DNA of 64,000 bases, taken from the NCBI GenBank assembly GCA_964016885.1, contig OZ024740.1, positions 310,310,001 to 310,374,000 of the forward strand, read 5' to 3'. The position numbers and the translations under genes are program-made. This document shows, piece by piece, positions 57,330 to 64,000 of the stretch. A model generated the notes under the pieces. The model worked only from the letters and a program-made list of their open reading frames with translations, was not told where the DNA came from and searched no databases. The stretch is from Eledone cirrhosa (taxonomy: Eukaryota). Numbering within the stretch: the stretch's first letter is position 1; each line of letters opens with the position of its first letter.

Positions 57330-60300
57330 AATAAATGACGCAGCGAACAAACCGCACCTAATGATGATTAGGGTCTCAACGGAAACCTATGTAACTTTGA
57401 AAAAGAACCATCCAATGCATGTGGGGACCAACTGCACCAAACCACTTAACCACGTCCTATTGAGATGTTTCCCCACCCCCACACCAGACACCCACACCCC
57501 ACCAAACACCCTAATCCCACCACGCACTGATGTCCTCACCCCACCACAAACCACCACCCCACCTAACAACCCTTCCAACACCCCATGGAAATTGTGCAGC
57601 CTGGTCCCAGGAGACGAAGAGGTAAGTAATTTCCTTTCTTCTTCCTTTTTAACCCTTCAGCACCAACATGGCCAATATAAGAGTTGGATGTGTGAATGCA
57701 CGCGGCCTGGGGATGTCCTGGAAACAGGGCAAACTCTTAAATGACCTCAGGTCACAAGTTGGTGAACGGAGTGATCAACCTTGATAGAACTCATAGACAG
57801 GGACCCGGTTACTGGAAGCTAAACTTGTCTTTACCGACAAACAAAGATTACAGTAAGCGGATTAGCACACTAGTTAAGCAGCGTTTGACGGGGGCAATTG
57901 TCAACAGCAGGTGGTGGGGCTCTCTCAAGAGAGAAATTAGAATAGAATCGATAGGTTTTAGTCGGGAATTAGCATCAGATAGGAATAGAACTGAAAGGGA
58001 ATTAACAAATAGAGTAGAAGAGGCGATTAGAAGTGACAACGTGGCCGGCGTGCTGGCGTCAAGATGGCCCTAGATCAGTTCTTTGATGCAAAGCACGAGG
58101 GCTGCGTTGTCAGGAGTAAAATACGTGCTCTGGGTAACGAGGGAGCCAAAGCTGTTAGCTGGGCCCGAGTGACAGAGGCAGAAAGTGGAAACAAGTCCAC
58201 GATTCAGTCTTTGAAGGACCATGATGGACGCGTGATCCTTGAACCTGAGCGGATGAGCGCGGCCTTTCAACGGCGCTTTGCACGACTGTTCGGGAGGGGC
58301 GGCGGGCCGGGTGGGGCCATTGATTTCGGTCCATACCTCGACAGTCTGGCGCGGCTCTCGGACGGGAGGCGAAGTCCTGCGAGAGGCCGATTTCAGCCGC
58401 TGAAATAGGGGAAGCGCTGAGCCAATGCGACAAACGCAAATCTCCGGGTCTCGATGGTCTACCATACGAACTTTATGTAGCGATGCCGGGCTTCTTCTCC
58501 GGTCTCCTCGAGGCAGTCTACTGCAACTGGCAACAAAACGGGAGAATTCCCAGTTCTGTGACTAAGGGCGTAGTCACGCTGGTGAGGAAGGACGATAACA
58601 AGGGGGATGATATAGATAACTTCAGGCCCATAACTCTGCTAAACACAGAGTTAAAGATTTTGGCCAAGGTGTTAGCGAAGAGGTTGGCGCTTGTCGTCGG
58701 GAACCTGGTGGGAGAAGCGCAGACATGCGCAATCCCGTCCAGGTTCATACACGACAACCTCCACTTCATGCGATACATCATAGAGAGGGTAGGGAACGAA
58801 CCCGGCTTTGGTGGGGCCCTGATCAACTTGGATCAATCTAAGGCGTTCGATAGGGTTGACCATCGGTACCTGGATGGGTGCTCGCCGCGGCAGGCTTCGG
58901 ACCCGTTTTCAGGGGCTGGATTGCTGCAATGCACAGCAGCAACAACTGCTCGAGGGTCAAGGTGAACGGCTACTTCTCGGAGCCGTTCCAAATCACGCGA
59001 TCCATCCGACATGGATGCCCTCTCTCCTCCCTACTGTATGTGCTGGCTCTCGTGCCACTACTGCAGAAGCTGGAGCTGTTTCAGAGCATCCCCTTGTAAC
59101 CGGGATTGCGGAAAGCGGTGTCGGCCTACGCCGATGACGTGACAGTAATGGTGTCGTGCGCCTCGGAAATCGGGCAGATCGGCACCTTACTGGAGGAATA
59201 TGAAAGGTTCACAGGAGTCAAGCTGAACCGGGACAAGTCCGTCGGTTTGCAACTCGGGACGTGGAGGGGCAAAACGATGCCCTCCGACGGCATCGTCGGA
59301 CGCTGGACGGAGGGACCGGTGAAGCTGCTCGGGGTCTGGTTCGGACTGGACCTCCAGGTGGAGAAAAACTGGGACGAGGTAACGGGCAAGGTGTTTGCAC
59401 TCGCCCAGAAGTGGGCCGAGTGCAAACTATCCCTGAAAGGTCGAGCGGAGGTGACGAACGCTTATATGGCGTCCGTCATCTACTACCGCTTGACCGGCGT
59501 GCCTTGCCCAGAGAAAACACTCGCCAAAATGGAGCGCGTGCTCTTCCGATTTCTTTGGAAGAAGCGGGTTCCTTTGGTGAGGAGAACCATCTGCTGTCAA
59601 CACCCTTCGAACGGAGGGCTGGGAGCGCCGTGGCTGACGATGCGTAGACGCGCATTAAGGCTACGGCACCTCCAGGTATTCCTCACCGGTGAGCCGGTGT
59701 GGGCCCTGTTTGTGAGGCGAGCCTTTCCGAGACTCGTCTCACTCACCGAGCTGCAATCCTGGGTCAAGCAAAGACCGAGAAAAGTGGGCGACTGGCACAT
59801 TGAATGTGCCCAGGCGCTCACGGTCCTCTGGCAAGCGGATCCGGCAATCAGTGGAGACTCAACCTCAACATTCTATAGAGGGTTGGTGAGCAGTAAGTGC
59901 GACAACGCTCTCGGAGAGGCTCTGGGCATGGAGGAAGACGAGCTGGCCAGTCTGTTCAGTAGGACGTTTGGCCCGGGACCGATGGACAACTTCCAAAAGT
60001 CCCTGGCTTGTCAATGTTACCGAGGAGCTCTACCCATTCGGGAGAAGCTCTACAGACACGGGCGCCCGGGTAGGGACCCCTCGAAGAACATCTGTCCGAG
60101 ATGCGTGCGTAACGAAGAAACCGTCGCACACGCATTCGTACACTGCCCGGGCGTTGCTGACCTGTGGGGATATGTGGAACGACTACTGTCGCGGGTGGGA
60201 CCAATCCGGTTGACCACCGAGAACATTGTCACGATCAAACAGCCTCCCCCTTTCAAAAACGAAGGAGAGGCGGTTTTCCTCTGTGTGATAGCCATGGCGA

Positions 60301-60750
60301 AAGAAGTTGTATGGTGGACAAGGTTGAAAGGGCTGAGGTCACACACCTATCTCTCCGGCCAACAACTGGTCTTTTTTTTCAAGTACTACTTTAGAAGAAG
60401 GATTAGAATGGAGAGAGAGGTGCTCTACCCCAGCCAGTTTTATGAAAGGTGGGTGAAAGTAGCGAGAATGGCCCGAGTGAATGGGTCCTCTCTCTCTCTA
60501 TCAGCCTGTAGGTGAGAGAGGAGAAGAATGAGAAGAGGAAGGAAGCATCCGCTCTTTGTGCTCCTGAAGAGGAGGGTTGCACATTTTTTCGGGGGTGTGT
60601 GCGACCCATGTCAACACCCCTCCCTATTGAGGACATCGATTGTTAAATTTAATTTGTTATATGTTTTTTACACGCCTTTTTAAATGTATGTAAACTCCCC
60701 CCTTTGTATTTGTCCCAATCTTTGATGCCCTGGTGGCAAATAAATAGAAA
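57330..60750 (+). mobile_element. 5'-truncated L1/Tx1-like LINE (ORF1 tail, ORF2 with APE deletion, 3' UTR)
   Basis: MANIRVGCVNARGL at 57668; NFRPITLLN, DQSKAFDRVDH, RHGCPLS, YADDV, CPRC...ETVAHAFVHC; 3' UTR similar to 26503-26737. Confidence 0.93.
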
Positions 60751-62699
60751 TTTATATCAATTACCACCAAACTTTCCCCCTCTCTATATCTATCTATTTA
60801 TATATATCCCGCATAGATGTGTTTAAATATATATATTTCAAGGCAATGTCTTACAAAGTACCTTCTCGCAAATGCTAGCTAAACCCATGTCGCTTTTGCT
60901 GGAAATAATATTTTCATATTCCACTCCTTAAACAAATTATGTTCTGAATGTTTGTGTAACTTATGATGGTAAGGCCTAAGCCTTTCATTACATGTTTTTA
61001 GGTAAATATTATATAACAACAATTTTAGAGCAGTGAATCTTAGAAGGCTTTTAGTAACATATTCATATATGTAGTATCCTATAAAATTAACATTATATCA
61101 TAAACGTTTCGTATACAATATACGTTCAATATACTGACTGTCATGTCATATTGTATCAGGCTAATTCTACTAGAAAGATTCTTTAAGGGTTTTAGTGTCT
61201 CTGGAATTCTCATTCGTCTATAGGTTAATATATCAAGTTGAATTCTAGATTGATTGAAAACTGTAATGCTCATGATTGATAATAGACAAACCATCATGTT
61301 ACAACCGAATGTGTTGATTTCACGTAGGATGACAAGTCTCGGCGATTTAAACTCTCACCAAGATATCGATTACATATTAATATTCCAAGGGTTATGAATA
61401 ATAATAATCTAGCTCGTTACCAGTCGCTATGGAGCCAGCAAAAATATTTGTTAATAATGTACGTATCTCTCGGAAAAGGAAAGTGTGTGTACACAACTCT
61501 TTCAACCACTTCTACCACATAGCCTCTTTTGCCATTGTGCCAGGCAGATGAAATGTGTCTGCATTTCCAGACTAATGTTAGATGGTGTGGCTATCTTTAT
61601 GATGAACTCAGTCAACAAGCGCTCCGTTCTACACATGACAGCAGCTATTCGACATAGCTCCACAGTTGAGCATTCCTCGGTCAGTGGACGGGAGCGTACA
61701 TAATGGTCTCGTTAACTTGCGTGCATTTTCAACTGACGACATTTCCATACTTGTAGACAAACCAGCAATATCCCCGTTAGCACTGCCAGTCCAGGAATAT
61801 CTGAAAATTATTTATCGGTTCTCGGCCGAAAATTTGCTGGAGGAGAGCGTGTAGTTGATCGTATCTGATGCCCAAAGTCAAACTTGAAATAATTTCTACT
61901 GTGGCATCCACTCTATACTCTCTCGCAAGTGTGATAATGTTGTATTATTTAATTTTAATTTTAAATGTCTTAAAGAAATGTTATTATCTCTTAAAATCAA
62001 TTGTATTGTATTCTACTCAGCTGCGTTCATGAAAATGTTATGCTTCTTTAAAATGTGTTTGGGAAAACATACTCTATTTCAATTATAATTAAATATAATA
62101 TTCCCTTCTATTTCGATCTCTCTCTCACCCATACAACATCGTAAGAATTATTTCTGATTCTGAGTGATTGAATAATTTTTAATGGTATAGAACTTGGTAT
62201 CTTGAAGGACATCACTGTACTATTCAAACACTGAGGCTACAATGAATTTGTGATATAATTTTAGTCCCTTTCTCTTAGTAGTCCACTTATGCAGCTACCA
62301 TCAATAAAATGGTTTTCACTTCATAAATTATAATTTCCACCTCGTGGAATAACTATCAAATTTCTTAACATTTAATTTCGTTCTTCGTTCTAGACTTGAG
62401 ATAAATATTTATCTTAGTAATATGTCCAAATAAATAGCATAAATAAATCTATAAATTGAAATTGCTATTGTATTTCTGAAATTAATTTAATGACAGCAAT
62501 ATAATTACCGTCGGGATTCTTACATTCTGGTGCAACTTTTGTAGTCGTTGTGTTTCTTATCTAAGTGAGTTTATTAATAATTAAAGCAATTTCTCCCACA
62601 TAATTTTGTATAGTTTGTAATTATCATTGTTATAAATCATATCTCTTGTTTCTATGTACCATCAAGTTTCAGTAGCTGACATTATTTATACGAATGTCA

Positions 62700-62886
62700 A
62701 TGGATTGGCAATGTCGGTAGAGGGTCGGACGCCATGCTTTGCAGCACAGTTACGTCCTTTTACGGACTGAGTTCAAATCCCGCTGAGGTTAACTTTGCCT
62801 TTCATCCTTACGGGGTCGACAAAATAAAGTACCAGTTATACCCTGTGATAATTGCTGGCCTTGTGCTTAAAGTAGAAACAATTATT
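62700..62886 (+). mobile_element. tRNA-derived SINE
   Basis: ggattggcaatgtcggtagagggtcggacgccatgc...gagttcaaatcccgctgaggttaactttgcctttcatcc...attatt. Confidence 0.88.
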
Positions 62887-63587
62887 TATACGAATGAGAT
62901 TGAACTAAAATAAGTTAACCTGTGAACGACCTGTGTTTCATTGTGGAAGATTTGTATCGCAATAAATCAACGAATTGGTTAAACGCCAATTAAGTGTCAA
63001 ACTATGCTTAACCCAACAAACTACATATCTGCTCTTCCTTTAATATTCTTTACCCAAGCACTTCCTGCAATCACAATAATTATTTATTAGATCCTTTCTA
63101 CTCTCTTGTTCAAAAGCGAGTTATTTTTTAAACTATGTTTTATAGAGGCATTGACGTCAACCGTTTGGGAACAAAAGTGAAAATCTAACCAGACAAAAGT
63201 GGATGATTAATATATTAGATTGCTTTCAAAGACAACATTGTTTTATCAACACCTCACAACTGGGAGTCGCGAGACGTCAAGTCTACTGAGACACAGATCT
63301 CAAAGAACAAAGTTAAGATCAATAATAATTGAAGAATTATACTTGGTCAATAGCAAAGTGAAGGAAGTAAAATGTTAATAACTACTTATGAATAAGATAG
63401 CACGTAATTTTCTACAAACTCTATAGAGGAAGAAACAATAAATATTTAATAGTTACACACGGGAGAAAAGATAACGTTTCAATATATACTTTATGTGGTT
63501 TCATGTCTTCATCTATAAAATATGTAACTTTCATAAATTGCCTACATCCTAAACGTAGGTTATCTATCTTTCTCTTTCTCTCTCACT

Positions 63588-63629
<42 letters not shown>

Positions 63630-63843
63630 TGTGTGTGTGTGTGCGCGTGTGTTTGTGTGTGTGTGTGTCTGTGCGGGTATATGTATGGGTGTTGTGTGTG
63701 TGTGTACATATATGTGTGTATGCTTGTCATAATGTTTGTGTTTGTGTGTATGTGTGTGTTAGATTTCCTCTACGGTTATTTATTATGGTCATTTGCATTG
63801 GGATGTACGAATTTCAAATTTCAAATTAGCCTAATGTTTCGAT

Positions 63844-63930
<87 letters not shown>

Positions 63931-64000
63931 GTTATATTTTAGGACGGTCATGCTGCCTGTATTGTCGATAAAAACGAACACTCGCACCATATGATTTTCA

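Noticed and set aside
63151-63160. TGACGTCA CRE-type site suggesting a promoter
   Set aside because: An 8-mer is expected by chance about once in 64 kb; no associated gene

Overview
AT-rich, microsatellite-dense eukaryotic DNA. The repeat content looks like a coleoid cephalopod such as Octopus, but that is my inference. No intact host gene is evident, and most ORF-track entries are (AT)n/(CA)n artefacts. Recognisable elements: two decayed L1/Tx1-like LINEs (one near full-length at ~26.5-32.1 kb, one 5'-truncated at ~57.3-60.8 kb); three Penelope-like element (PLE) remnants with GIY-YIG endonucleases (17-21 kb, 39.8-41.2 kb, 52-55.5 kb); fragments of CRE, RTE and CR1 LINEs; and a tRNA-derived SINE family. 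The main unexplained structure is a set of roughly 20 short fold-back (inverted-repeat) inserts, almost all sitting in (AT)n tracts. They belong to many unrelated sequence families, yet most carry type I hammerhead ribozyme (HHR) motifs, either whole or as halves. One family matches the terminal repeat of the 52-55 kb PLE. In several copies the hairpin axis lies inside hammerhead stem II and both arms share copy-specific variants, which suggests snap-back synthesis during integration. Several HHRs have recurrent non-canonical cores (CAGAAGA, UUGAUAA, CUGAAAGA). The Tx1 LINE has splice-like signals that could produce an ORF2-only mRNA. All of this was read by eye; no ribozyme activity, database match or novelty has been verified.
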